Below, in pieces: positions 15,024 through 29,657 of a DNA stretch of 64,000 bases. The number at the start of each line of letters is the position of its first letter. The first letter of the stretch is position 1. The notes under the pieces were generated by a model. It made no database searches. It was not told where the DNA came from and saw only the letters and a program-made list of their open reading frames with translations. The position numbers and the translations under genes are program-made. Location: contig CM120644.1 in assembly GCA_051362555.1 (NCBI GenBank), positions 22,962,534 through 23,026,533 of the forward strand. Direction: 5' to 3'. Origin of the DNA: Lingula anatina. Taxonomy: Eukaryota; Animalia; Brachiopoda.

Positions 15024-18000
15024 GATACATACACGGCTTTTAAGAGGAGAGTTGTCATATAAAGTGTCTTTTAATAAATAAAAATATGAATATATAAATA
15101 AACGAATGATCCTGTATGGGATACACGCACTGCCTTAAAAGCACGGGTCTGGAAAAGTTCAAGGTCTTGTTAGTTTTCATATCCTAAAATAGGAATTCTT
15201 TCGATTAAGACAAACAGAAATACTTCGTACGTACCACTGCCTGAGGAGGTATTTCCGGGTGCTTCGGTCGTGGCTAAAAGAACAGAGCACAAGATCAACT
15301 ATGGCATGGGAAGATACCTCTTTCGCAAGAGAAAAGTTTTTACCCCTACTGCATTTATATACACTGCTATTAAATGTGCTATGTGTATTTTTTACCATTA
15401 CATAGCACATGTTTGAGCCTTGGACGAGTTGATACTCGAATATTCTATTATGAATGTTTACTTAGGGTTAGTATATGGTTAGTTTATAGTGGTTTGTGAC
15501 CAAACTAGGAAACAGCTTCCGTTCATAACGCAACCAAACATTAAAGGAATATTAACTCTTCGATTTAGCCAAAAAATGAATTTTCCTGGAGTAAAAAGCA
15601 ATCTTCCCATACTTACCAATGGTTAATGGATCCATTTTAACATTCAAAGTAAGTCCCTGCTTTCTTGTTTTCAAAAAAAGTTTGTTTTTTATGTTATAAT
15701 CCCTTAGGATATTATAAATGAGTATAGCATCAAAGGAGGTCACGTGGTCTAAAGACAAGCTCAGGCATCAGAATAATAGCTGTAACTGCCGCTTTTGTTG
15801 TAAAACAGAATATATTATATTTTTATGAGTTGTTCGTATGTTTTTATTGTGAAATATAGATCTCATACGAAGAGTTATTATCCCTTTAACTGTGGGCAAG
15901 GGAAACAATACTGATTAATAAATATAGAGCACTCACCGTTTTGAGAATGCCCTGGGCAGCTTCGTGTGTATGAGTACCCACAAGACACCGCGGCATCTTC
16001 AGAGTGACCACAGTCGTGGAAACCGAAAATTCGGTGGCTACATGCTGATAAAGAATTTTCATCTCCAGTGCAATTGACATCATCTAGATAAGTTAACCCA
16101 TCGCCCTGCCCATAGCAGGCCGACTGGTACGCTTTTGCATAACGATCACTAAAATGCAAAGAAAAGGTAACGTAACGTACTTTCTCTCTCTCAATTTATA
16201 TATATATATATCTCAATCTATACCTGCAACTACAAAACAACGGCCTTTTTTGTCAAAAGTTTACACAAGCACATTTAATTCCGGTCACAACCCGCAAACT
16301 AATTTTAGTAAAATCTCGGTCACAACCGGACGCACGATTTTTAGGATCTACGTACCCTACGAAATTTGCGTACAGTGGAGTTCGTAGAAGTAGATGAAAG
16401 TCTGCAATGGAAAGGCGCAAGTCTGCCTTGCAAGTCACAGGGGCCACTTGGGAATTTTCTTTTTAAACAGGGACACTAACTGCAAATTGCGATGGCCGCG
16501 TAAATTGTACTCATTTTTTAGTTTGTTTTGTTACATGTGTACGTGTTATGCATTCACCACTTACGATGATAAAGCAACGCACGGCGAAAGTAGTTCCCTA
16601 TGTGTCAGTTTTGCTTCACACTTGCCTAATGTGATGACGTACTGATGGCGTTGATCAGTTTTGCCTCCTGTTCTCCCCTTCTTTCTTCTTCCTTCTTTTC
16701 TGCACTTCTCTCTCTTGCTTTTGAAGACACATTAGAAGTTGGATTGAGCATGTTTTTTTTTTTTTTTTTTTTTTGTGACCAAACTAGGAAACAGTATGAA
16801 CAATCACGTTGCACAATCGACACATTGCACATTGTCGAGACTCAAGCGCGCGTCGTGAGCACGCCTTTTATACTCAAGGCGTGGGGATGACGCATGTGCG
16901 AAGCATTTTCAGTGTGCGGGCTGATCGTCAGCTGTGAGGGCGGACGCGTTATTCAACACTCACAGGGGACTTGCTCCTTCATTGTTTGCGACGTGCGACT
17001 TGGACCACGCACGTCTCACTTGAGAACTACTTGCGAAGTCCTTGAGAGGGGAACTAGTAGAAGCTTTTGAGCTTTTGCCCAATGTCCTCCGTACGTGCTT
17101 ACAAGCTATCTGCGAAATTTCATAAGAAGGGCTTGAGTGGGGTTTGAGAAACTGCGCAAACTTTGGACCCAAACAACCCGTCATAGCCCGTAAAGCCGGT
17201 TGTGACCGCGGCTTAACATACTTCCCTTTGAATCCTTGGAGGTTGTAGAGTGAGAAGAACGATTTGAATGGAAAAGCGCATGATTGATTTGAGAGTCGCA
17301 GGGGCCACGTGAGATGTTATTTTTTAAAGCAGGGGCACTAATTGCAAGGAGCAATTGCCCTGGGAATTGTACTCAGTTTTTGAGTTTGTCTTGCTTCCTG
17401 CTCACGTGGCACGCACTCACCGCTTACGTATACGAAGAATTAGGGGATCGATGCAACCCACAGCAAAAGTAATTTACACTTGTGTTATTTTTTCGAACAA
17501 TTGCCTCACACACTTGTGACGACGTGCTTACGACATAAGTCAGTTTTGCCTCCTGTTCTTTCCTCCTCCCTTCTTTTCTGCTCTGTAAGCTTCTTTGTAA
17601 GTGCAACACGTGCATTAGTTAGACTTCAGAGTAGATCAGAGTATTGTAGTGAGGTGTGTTCATGCCTCACATGAACTATCCCCTAACATTTCAGTACAGC
17701 GGCACAGGTCTCCCCCGAGTATATTGTTTAATTCGGTTTTAGTCCACATCAGTTAAAATTAGTTTTTGTTAGTTTTCAGAAGTTATCAATAGTTTTTCTG
17801 CAGCAAAATACAATATGTCCACTCCAAGAAAGTATTATAGTTTTCAACGGAACAGAACAAAACAGAACTTAAACGTCACAGAGCTTTGCTAGACGCTGAA
17901 ATTGAACTATTTTGGCTCAGAAGGATGCAGCAACCGCTGCGGCAAAAGCCGCTGCTCTTGGCACAGATTTACATAATTCTAACTCAGATCTGGAATCACT

Positions 18001-21000
18001 TTTAGACTGCCTATGGACAAAACAAACTGAAAAATACGTAGAAACTGTCCAAAGTCAAGTTAGAGCAGACACCCAAGATGCTGCTGACAGAAAGGATCCC
18101 CAAAGAGTGACTGGCGGAATTGACTCCCACGGTGTGACTAGCGGCAAGGATCCTCTCGGTATAGCTGTCACGGCGGATTCCCACGGTGCGAAAGGTGAAG
18201 TTCCCTATACGGAAATCCATGTTGCGTCAGCGACAAGACATGTTCAGTGACTTTCTACCTTATCTTCGCGGTACGCCCAGATATGTTTCTCGCGGACCAG
18301 AAGTACCAATTACGTTCCTTCCAAATGACCCCCACAGAATGCCCGTATTCCATTCTCGCCAATAGATGTGCTCTATTTTTTGCATCCCGCCCTTACCTTG
18401 CCAGAGATCCCGGTGTTTAAGGGTGATGTTTTGATTTATACTGCATTCAGATTCTCTTTGAAACTAAAATAAAATCTAGAGTCGTATCAAACACTGAGAG
18501 ATTGTACTACCTTTATCAATACACAGATGGTGAACCGAAATAATTGATAAGTAGCTGCCGCAATATGCCAGATGGGTATAAAAGGGCACGCAAATTGTTG
18601 CATAAAGAGCATGGTAACAAATACAATGACATGTTTAAATAAATTCTTAGCATGGCCAGCTGTTAGAGCGGAGGATAGTCTTAGTCTTAAAATGATCTCA
18701 GTGTATTTAGACAAGTACCATTCTACAATGCTTCATTTAAATTCATTTACACGTTCTTAACCATGCCCCCCACATTGTTAAAAGGTCTCCATGACCTCCC
18801 AGAACCGCTGGAGAGGTATTGGAGCAAAGACTGTCAGAGAAGAGAAAACGTTTGCAGTGTTTTCAGATATGGTTACCTTAAATGAACATGATATTGAGCA
18901 AGTCAACGACCCAGTATTCGGAAGGGAGACACTTAAATCCGAGGGTCCCAGTGTGCAGACGACTCACTTTCCACAGACAAAAGCAGAAAGGACGAAAGGT
19001 CCGTCACCTATGAGGAGAACTCACACGGCACATTCCCCAACGCCACGGACCATTGCACATCCGCCAGGTTCAAGTTTTGCTGTGATCACTCATCAGGTAT
19101 GCCCCCATTGTCAACAACCTCACAAGCTGAACGAATGTAGTGCTTTCTCAGAAATGCCCTTAGCCGAGAGAAAACATCCTTTATTCAGCAATCATCTCTG
19201 CAAGGCATGTTTGGAACCCAATTACATTGCTTAATGGTGCTTGAATAAACTTACATCGCACCCTACATCGTTACATGACCCTAATTTTCAACGATTGAAT
19301 GCAATTAGCTAAGGTCAATGTGGTCAATACTGCTGTCAATACTTCAAACAGCACATCTGTCAGTCAGTCAACCATGAGAGTTCCCGTTTTGAATCTCGCA
19401 TGGAAGTAATCCAGAAAGAGAACAGCTCATTTACGCTATGCTTGACACTCAGTCAGATATTTATTTCGTTCTGAGAAACACTTCTGATTCCCTTCATTCA
19501 AAGGCACACCTGTTTAACTGCCATTGTCAACCATATCTGCATTGAATCACATTTTGGACAGGAGCAAAATCTACGGTTTATCTGTGCGAGAATATGACAG
19601 TTCAGAGAGAGTTACCTTACCACCATGTTGCATGAGAAAAGTGATACCAGCCAACAGTGAACACATACCATCCCCCGACATCGCCCGCAAATGGCCCCAT
19701 CTGCAGCCGATTTCTGATAATTTGATTCCTCGAGACGACGTTAAAGTAGGTTTACTTATCGGGTACAAGTGCTCATCCGCTTTATTCCCTCGAGAGGTCA
19801 TACCTCCTGTGAATGACGGCCCTTAAGGTCTTCGCACAAGTCTCGGTTGGCGTATAGTGGAAACAAGATTCGTTTTGGTGACCCAGGTTTCATGATTCAT
19901 CGTGTGATGAAAGAAAGTGTTCTTCTGCCTACTGAATCGTGTAAAAGAAACATGTGTACCAAAGCAATTAGGACACATGCTAAAACTCGATTTTAATGAT
20001 CAGCAGCTTGATACTGTGGCGCTTTCCTGTGAAGATTGCTAGTTTTTGGACATACTAGAAAAAAGGCATCCACGTGACGAACGACGGACATTACGAAATG
20101 TCACTGACGTTTAAAAGGAGAATCCTATTACACCCAACGACCGAGAATTAGCTATAAAACGTCTTTGCAATCGCGTTTAACACAGGGCCCAAACTTTGTG
20201 CGCGAATAAGCCAAATTTATGCAATCGTTGGTAGACGCCAGCGCAGGAGGCTACGAGCAGTGTTCGTATCTTCGGCTCGTGAAGAGGACAAAAACAATAT
20301 TGTTTACTCATGAGTGAAAGCAGGGTAGCCCCGCTTAACGCCGTTTCCATTCCGAGACTTGAGCTGACAGCATCCACCGTAATGGTGAAAGTGGCTCCTT
20401 TCCCAGCTGGAATTTAAGAAACTGACTGAATACTTTTGGACAGATAGTAGGATAGTACTCCTGTACGTCAATAACGAGGCGCACCGATTCCACACTTACG
20501 TAGCAAACAGGGTACAGATGATTAGGGACTTCACCGAGCCAAACCAGAGGTCATACTCTTCATCGGAGAGCAATCCTGCTGCCGCTGCCTCACGAGGTTT
20601 GTCTGCCGTCGATCTAGCTAATCATGAGCATTGGTTTCACGGGCCTTCCTTTTTATAGGCAACAACGGTCGCTTCTGCGGAAGAAAATGAATTTCCTCTT
20701 CTCCAAGACGACCCAGAAGTGAAGTAAACAATATCAGCATTGTCTACGTCATCCCACGTGTCAATGCTGGATCGACTTGAACGTTTCTCACATTGGTGCA
20801 AGCGCAACGGGCCAACGCTGTCTGACAACGCTTTCGTCAAAATTTGTCTCGAAAGGGACAGAAGGTATACTCGCCAATCACTGTTGATGATATAAAAGGA
20901 ACACAAATGTTCAAACACGTGCAGGTCAATGCATTCTCGAATGGACATAAGAAACAGTCTTTGGGAAAGCTCAACCCTTTCTTTGATAAGAAAGGACTTT

Positions 21001-23451
21001 TGAGGGTTGGAGGACGAAATTGCACGTTCTCCCATCCAAATTAAGACATTCGTCATCCTATTATATTACACAAATCGCACCATATCGCATCGCAGTGTTA
21101 ACAACACGCGCACCGGTCATCAAGGCAGAGGAATGACAGTAAACTATCTCAGGCCAACTGGCATATGGATCATTGCAGCAAGCTCAGCAGCGTCGAAACT
21201 CATACCCAACTGCGTTGCATGTAAAGGAGGGTCAGTGGGAGAACAAAGGATGGGAAATTGATCTGAAGATCGTTTGACAGAAAGCCCCCATTCACTTAAG
21301 TCGTGAGGGAAGGGAGAAAGGAGGTCATACGTTATGGTGTGCTGTCCACATCTTTTATCACGGCTTATTCACTTTGCAATCGGCAATCCTCGGCTGATTC
21401 CGCTAGCTCCATACTAACCTCGGATGTGATAGGTGCAGGAATATGCATCAGATCCATGCATTTTGTCCGCCGGAATGCCTACTCACTCAATCGATTATTC
21501 CGCCCAAAAAGATGGCTTTCAATACCCTTGATTTTTATGATGCTTTACAGTTTGCCAAACAATGCACTAAAATTGACTTTGATTTAAAGGATGAACAGAT
21601 ACAGACGTTGAAATATTTGTACTACGGACATGATACTTTGGCTGTTTTACCGACGGGCTATGGTAAAAGGGTGAAAGTAGTTCCTTCCCAATAATCAACA
21701 ATCAATATTGATGTCATCGTATCACGTCCAAGGTTATTGTCGAGTGCGGAGACATCCGAATAGTTCCGAGTGATTCACTTTGAGGTAGCCATCGCGCCGA
21801 CAACGGACTCGTTGCGTCGATTTCAAGCAATACGAGGACAGGTCCGATTGCCAAGTTCCGATCGCGGTATGAATTTAACTGAGGCCAACAACAGCTTGAA
21901 AGAGCATTCAGTGAAATGGATCAACATACTTTCTCAGAATATTTGAGGGAACGACAGTGCGATTACATTCAATTTGAGTTTAATGCACCGTCGTCCAGCC
22001 ATGCAGGCGGACTCTGGGAATGTCAAATCCGAACTATGAGAAATGTTTTGTCTTCTTTGATTGAGCAGTCACAGTCTCAATTGAACGACGAGCCATTACG
22101 AACATTGATGAATTAAGTGACCGCAACTGTTAATTGCAGACCTCCCACTTCTGACAACCTAAATGACCCATGTTTCCTTGAGCCATTAACCCCCAACCCC
22201 TTCTTAACCACCAAACTATTCTCCTGCCTCCTGGTGAATTCCAGAAAGCAGGCAGGTTTGTGGAAAGCACTGGGGAAGGGTTCAGTATTTATGATATCTA
22301 TTTTGGTTTAAGTGGCGCAAATAATATTTGCAAACCTTACAAATGAAACAAAAATAGTAAAGGCCCAAACGCAATTACTGTGTTGGAGGTATTTTTTTTC
22401 TAATTAAAGACGAGGATTTACCTAGAAATTTTTGATCATTAGCAACAGTTGAGTGTATCCCAATGATAATGAACACGTAAGAAAGGTCAAGGTATAGCAA
22501 TAAAGTTAAACTCCCGTCCTTACAGCCCAGGGCCCAGGGCGTAAATTTACTCGGCTACGACTGTCGTAAACGGCAACGCCTGGCGTCCGTGCGCCAGGTT
22601 TACTCTCCCTGCTTAAGCCTGTTGCACCAAGACAAAAACTGATCGTAGTAACTACGCCCGAGTAAATCTCCGTTGCGTCACTGGCCAACAATACGTGGAT
22701 GGTATAATTGGGCAAATGAGGAGATCTCAGCTGCAGTCATAATGGAATGGTGACATAAATAAACACAAAAGGAGCATTTCAGAGACGGAGAATTTCGTAA
22801 GCTACATTATTCCATTTTGATTTAGAAATAAGAACGTTAAAATACGTTAACTTTGCTGTTGCCTTGGATATATAGCAATAAAATCGTAAATATATTCCGA
22901 ATCAAAATATTATTATAGTATGCTATTATAGTATGCTGTTGTAAATGAGAAAAACGCGTTGGAGGCAGTACATATTTCTATTAATGGATTTTTACACCTT
23001 CACATTTGTTATTTAAACTTTTTTGAGTCTGAAAATAATGCAAAAAAAAAAAACGCCAACATTGCTCTCTTTTTATAATTCTACAACATTGCCAAAAATT
23101 TCATGACCTTCTTATCTATGGTTACACCGAGAGAGATCATTTAATTCAATCGAGCTTACATCTTGGAGATTAAGAAATACAAGAGACCTAATACATAGTA
23201 TATGAGCCTAAAAATGTTGATATTTTAAGCTTTCGTCTCTATGTTTATATATAGTAAAATATAAATGATATAAAATGTGAAGAAAGAATGACTATAGTTA
23301 GTTATGGTTTGTCAAAAATTGTGAAAAGAAAAACAATTAAAGAAACCGTACTGCTGAGAGCCAAGACGTACCTACCTGAGTGGTAAGATTTAATTTGAAC
23401 ATATGCATATACATGTACATGGCTACACATAATGTATTTAGTAATCACTAA

Positions 23452-23545
<94 letters not shown>

Positions 23546-24801
23546 TAGATATAGTTAGATTTTTTTAAAAAACCAAGCTATACAGACGGAAGATTTGAGC
23601 AAGAAACTAACAAATAACAACCCACATTGTGTGAGGTCAGAATTCCAGGTATGTTATGTGTTAGGTGTTAGTGTTACAGATCTGTTAACATTCCTGTTAA
23701 CCCAAATAAGAAAACATGGAGTTCAGTTAAACAGTCTGTTAACATGTGGTCAACATCTTGCTATTTTGCTGCAGCATGTTGTTAACAGGCTGATAGCCCT
23801 ATGTTGACCCATTTCCTGGTGTGTGACACCAGCAAGAATAGCTCAGGCTCTGAATTAACAGCAGCTGTGCGATTATTGTAGTTTTCGGCTCTCTCGAGTG
23901 CAATAGCCTGCAAATCAGGCTCAAATATCATCTTCACTGAGGAGACTACTAGAAATTAGGGCAAAACTAAATACCTGTATTTCTTCTAACACTAACATAT
24001 TCAATTTTGACCTCTTGAAGATGTAACACCAGCTTAACCACTTGGTGGTTAAACTTTCTAAAATTAAGAGGAATTCAAATGTTTTATTTCTGACGTGCTA
24101 AATATAGAAAGCAGATAAGCTAAAATAATTCTGTGATAACCCCTCGTTGATCCCTACAGAAATGGATAAGCAATTGAAAAATTTAAGCTTAACATTTTTG
24201 AGTTTGCTCTGATTAATTTAACATTTTATGTAACGGAGATGCTTGGTGTAACACCGTCTGTTACAGGAACTGTAGTTTTCAACAGATCTGCTACACTAAC
24301 ATTGGTGTTACACTGGTGTTTAGTAAGAGATCAGAATTGTTGATTAATGTAACATATCTGTAATAGATCTGTAACACTAACACCTAACACATAACATACC
24401 GGGAATTCTGACCTCACCCATTGTCTACGTTAACTACGATATTTGTCATCAAACTCTCTCTGTGCTAGCCTAACTATAGTGGAAAACGAGCTACGACTGA
24501 CTTAAACCACCTAGCTGGCAGGCGTAAATTTACGACTAAGTTAAGAGCGACGTAAACACTATTCTAGTTTGGTGCAACTGGCTTTACTCGGGCGTAGCGA
24601 TTTGCGCCCGGTTTACGCCGGCACAACTGCTACGCCTCACTTACGACCGGTTGGTGCAACCGGGCCCAGGTCACTAACATGGGTCTCCCCAGACCGTATT
24701 GTTTTATACTTAATTCGGTTTTAGTTCACATCAGTTTAAATTAGTTTTTGTTAGTTTTCAGAATTTTTCTATATATATTGCAAAATTCTGAAAAAACCGA
24801 A

Positions 24802-24881
<80 letters not shown>

Positions 24882-25820
24882 AACGAGCTCGATATTTTAC
24901 TAGAAGAACTTGAGTGGCACGAGAGATTCTGCATAAAATTTGGACGCAACACAGGTCGTAGGATGCAGTACGGAGGTTGTGAGCGAGGTTTAATGAAGAG
25001 CACCGTAAATACTATTATCATATCTTGACAAAACATGTGAAAATACATATCAAAGCTTAAATGCGAATATATAATATGGCAATCGGTGAATAAACTTATA
25101 ATTGGTATTACCCAAATCCAAGTGATCTACATATGACCCTAGCGGCATTATCGTCAAATCCGTCGTCACACACAGTCCCCCAGCTGCCATGGGATTCAAA
25201 GTAAACTTCCACACGCCCCTCTCTGTTGCTGCGGCCTCCAACTAAACGAACTGGGAATTCTGTAGTAATAAAGAATACTTTTCATCATCGTAATATAATC
25301 CTTACCATTACCGCGCCCATAAGCACTTTTTAAATATAATGCTCATTATCTCTACGTTAAGCGCAAAAACACTTTGAAAAACTATAAACTATTGTAAGAT
25401 AGAAAACGCCTATTCTATCCACACTGGTAACTAAATATTGCTAGTAATTGCGGTGTACATTTGATGTTATATGATATGATATGATTTTTTGAAATGGGGC
25501 ATACCATTTGATTCGCATCTCTTCCCGTATCTACCCCAAGGACAGGCGCAGGTGTAGTCGTTCCCTTGTGCAACACACTTGCTTCCAGAATAACATGGGT
25601 TCGAAGAGCAAGAGTCTAAATAAAATACACCAAAAGGTATTGTTTTATAAATCCTATCACTATTTTGCCGCATGTTTTATCTGATTAAATGATCGGAGAC
25701 AATAAATACCACTTCCCTGTAATTATATATTTACTTATGTACGTACCTTTATAATCTTAGAAAATGAATTGATGATTCCAGTCCCCAATTATGTTTTCTA
25801 CCGATGGTAAAAAGTGCTGG

Positions 25821-25860
<40 letters not shown>

Positions 25861-26453
25861 GCCAAAGACCCGTATCAAATGTAGTCCCATGCATAAAAAG
25901 CCCAGACCCCATGTTTATTACTCCCTGGCTGGGCCCATTCTTTATGGTGTTTTTGCATTGTTAACAGCATAAAGGGCAAGATAAGTGACCAAGTTAATTA
26001 ACCAAGTTTATTGGCCAAGCTGCCAGTTTGTTTGTATGGCATGTGCAGGGGATGTCTTAGATCAAGGCACAAATGAAGCCCATCTTTAATTTAACAAAAC
26101 TATAGTAAATGTTACTAAATCAATCTACATGTCTTTTCTTTAAACATTAAACATCTTTTAAACTATCATCCTCTGATGTATTTTACAAATCACAGGTAAT
26201 GAAATACGAGAATATCTCATTTGCCGCACCTGTAAGTATCATAATATGTACCTTGATCTAAGACATCCTCTGCAGATGCCTTACAAAGAAACTGGCAGCT
26301 TGGCCAATTAACTTGGTCTTTTAACTTGCCCATTATGCTGTTAACAATGCAAAAACACCATAAAGAATGGGCCCAGCCAGGGCGTAATAAACATGGGCTC
26401 TGGGCTTTTTATGCATAGGACTAGATTTGATATAATTTGATATGATTTGATGG

Positions 26454-26530
<77 letters not shown>

Positions 26531-29500
26531 CAATTCATCGTTTAGACTCCGAAAATTCTCCAGGTTATATTAGCTATTATGAATCCTTGATATTTATCAT
26601 ATATTTTTAAAATATAATAAAGTTAAAACTGCACCACGTGCTATATGCGGGTCACTGTTTGTAGTGAGATGTGTTCACGTGTCACATGACTTGCCTACAG
26701 GTATATATTTTAACTCCCGCCCTGACATTTTTTCAGTTCTGCGACTCGGTCTCCCATGTGTATATTGTTTTATGTCTCACTATTTTTTTATAAGTATGTT
26801 TTCAATTTCTCCAGTTAAAACAATTGAGCGAAATACAATATATGCAGTTCAACGGTTACGATACGGTCACGACAGCATATACAACATTGGTCAAAGAGGT
26901 TGTCCCACCTTCAGTATCATGTGTTTTTATTTAAAAATGATCACATCACAGATAAAAGTTGTTGTAAATAGTGAATTTCATTCCAGATACGATAACTAAC
27001 ATGATTAGTAAAAACACAAACTAGCGGTGAAGATATCAATATTTAATACCATTTATTCACATTTATTACATGTGCCCCCTCAAATCTGACGTTTCACTGT
27101 GATATTCACAGAGGCAAAGAAATGTACATTGAATTGAAATAACACCACCAAATGTCACCGAATTTACGCCCATTTAGCATTAGGGGGTGCTAACTAACTC
27201 CCATGATGTGATCATTTATAAATAAAAGCACATGAAACTGGGGGTGGGACAACCTTTTTGACCAATGTTGTATATTCCATTGTCAGTATTTAAAGATGTG
27301 CGTTCTTACTTATGACACAAGAGAATGATAAACATTTTATGTGATAAGTAAATTATGTAAATTATGATAAATATTGAGAATTCATTATATAACATTTAAT
27401 ATGAAAGATTTTCAGAGTTTCGACGAATGATTTTCCTGCCATATATGTCCTATTATTCCTGTTGGGGCAGTAGTTTACAGCAAGAAATAGTATATAAATT
27501 AAATCTGCCTAATCGGACAGTTATTAACCGAATGTCACTTGCACTATAATACCATACCAGTACCTGTGTTTAATAATCAACTTGTTGTTAAGATTTATAG
27601 GTGCTTCGTAAGGCGATGGAATGATAAATACTTGTACCTTTAGTGTTTTTCTTTTTTAAGTTGCCTTAAAAACCTGAAAAGTGTAGCAATTTGGAGGATA
27701 TTTTGATATTTATATATGCGTTCACACTTGGTAACAAATCGTTATTAGGTCAATAGTTTTCCACTAACCGCCAATGCTGTACTCGCAGTTCTCCCCTGTA
27801 CGGTTGAAAGTACAGTTACATCTGTAGTCAGAATACGGCCAAAATGAACTGTTGGTACGTACACATGTACCGCCATACTGGCAATGGTGTGTGGCACACG
27901 GGTCTGGAATGAAAAAAAAATATGGATGTGTAGGCATTTTGTGGGCGGTGCAAGTAATAACTTTATATATAACATGGTAAAGGCAAGTGCGATTGGAATG
28001 CTTACCGTAGCTTTTCTCACAGTTTACACCCATTCGGTCGTAAGGACATATACATTTGTAGTCAGTGTTTTCATAATTGATACGGAGTTTACGTACACAG
28101 GTGCCGCCACTCTGGCAGGGGTTTGGGGAACAGTGGTCTGGAATGAGATAGCATGTGGGGTGTTAGTGAAGTTACCGGGCCTTCATCCAATGATTTAAAG
28201 GCACTTATAAAATAAAATAATTATAGGATATCTTTAAAATTCGTTTAAAAAGTGTTCATACAGTTACCCACCAGGAATGGCGGTGCCATTGTAGCAATTC
28301 ACCCCGACATCTCCACCGTGGCCACAGTCGTGTACACCCAGATCTCTGTGAGGACAGTCGAATATGCTGGACTCGTTGCCTGTGCATCGCAGGTCGTCCA
28401 GCCATATACGGCCATAAGCAAGATTACCCCAACCATGTCTGTATACTCTGGCTTTGTTCGGGCTATAACATGTGTACATTTAGTAGCTTTTAAAATCATC
28501 CATGGGTTAAGGAAGAGGTAAGAGAGATCCCCCCCCCCCCCCAATGTATCGCAAGTTTGAATTCTGAATGGTTAAACCGCGCACTCATTGTACATTTTGG
28601 GGTAAAAACACGACTATAAAACCCATAGTTAAAACAACAAAATTACTTGTGTTGCAGTATTTCATTCAGCCTTATACAACCAATGGATGGGCATGGAAAT
28701 GATGCCACTCTTTCGGTAACACTGGTTAAAGAACATTCACCATTAAATGTTCTCTCATTCAGAGCTGTTATTGCCACGCAAGGACACATTATTGACAATA
28801 TAACTTTAACCAAAACCAGACCTGTATCCCAGCATACGGCACACAACCGCGGCATCGCTGTTGCCAAAGTCATGGTAACAAACTGTCCCCCACTGACCAT
28901 CATGATAAACCTCCACTCGGCCTTCGTTGCTACTCCTCCCACCCACTAAGCGGATCTTTTTCCCTGTAAACTGATCTGAAATGGCGGGTGTTTAAAAACA
29001 AGCATAACCAATTCATTCACTAGCATGAATTAGATATGCACTCTTGCTCAAAATGATGGAATATGTAAACAAATATTTCATGTACTTGCCTTTTATATTT
29101 TCACAGTGGCAATTTGATATACATGACTGGGGCAATCACTAATAATCGATTTGCAAGCTATGGTTGCGGAACCAATTTACTGGGCAATGCTCAAACGGCT
29201 ACATGTATATGAAAGTTATATGCCCTGAGTGTCAGGGCACTGGAAAGCTAACTTGCTAACTATTCATAACTTTTCATGGAACAGCTTTACCAGGGGCCCT
29301 AAGAAATAATGTTGCGTATCCGTCAATCAAAAAGAACTGCTCTGCAGTAAATCTGCAGTTGAATGTCATTATTCCAAAATGAAACGTTAAACAGTTTTAA
29401 TTTTGCTTAGCTCCAGGCGGGAAAGAGCTGTGACTTACGAGACTTGTGACTTCCTAATATGGAGCTCCAGTCGGACACAGCTGTGACGTACGTACGAGAC

Positions 29501-29621
29501 TTGTGCCTACCAAATATGGAGCTCCAGGCGGAGACAGCTTTGACGTACGAGACTTGTGACTTCCAAATATGGAAGCGCCCCAGGCCATTTTTTATTTTTG
29601 TTTTTATTATTATTATTATTA

Positions 29622-29657
<36 letters not shown>

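Larger units (their letters stand above)
17706..24765 (+). mobile_element. Decayed BEL/Pao LTR retrotransposon with nested insertions
   Basis: Gag (VNDPVFG, CPHC...H...C), protease (YAMLDTQSD), RNase H (SRVAPL...IPRLEL, FWTDS) and integrase (RYGVL, HAGGLWE, LTPN) remnants with many stops; direct-repeat LTR remnants at about 17706-17780 and 24682-24762. Confidence 0.88.

Noticed and set aside
15110-15148. EGF-like exon start (cttttccag-DPCF*GSACIPY)
   Set aside because: In-frame stop and truncation; at most a dead exon relic
27638-27673. 36-nt segment with good AG/GT boundaries at a spacer-like position
   Set aside because: Contains TAA in the required phase-1 frame and does not resemble the Thr-rich spacers
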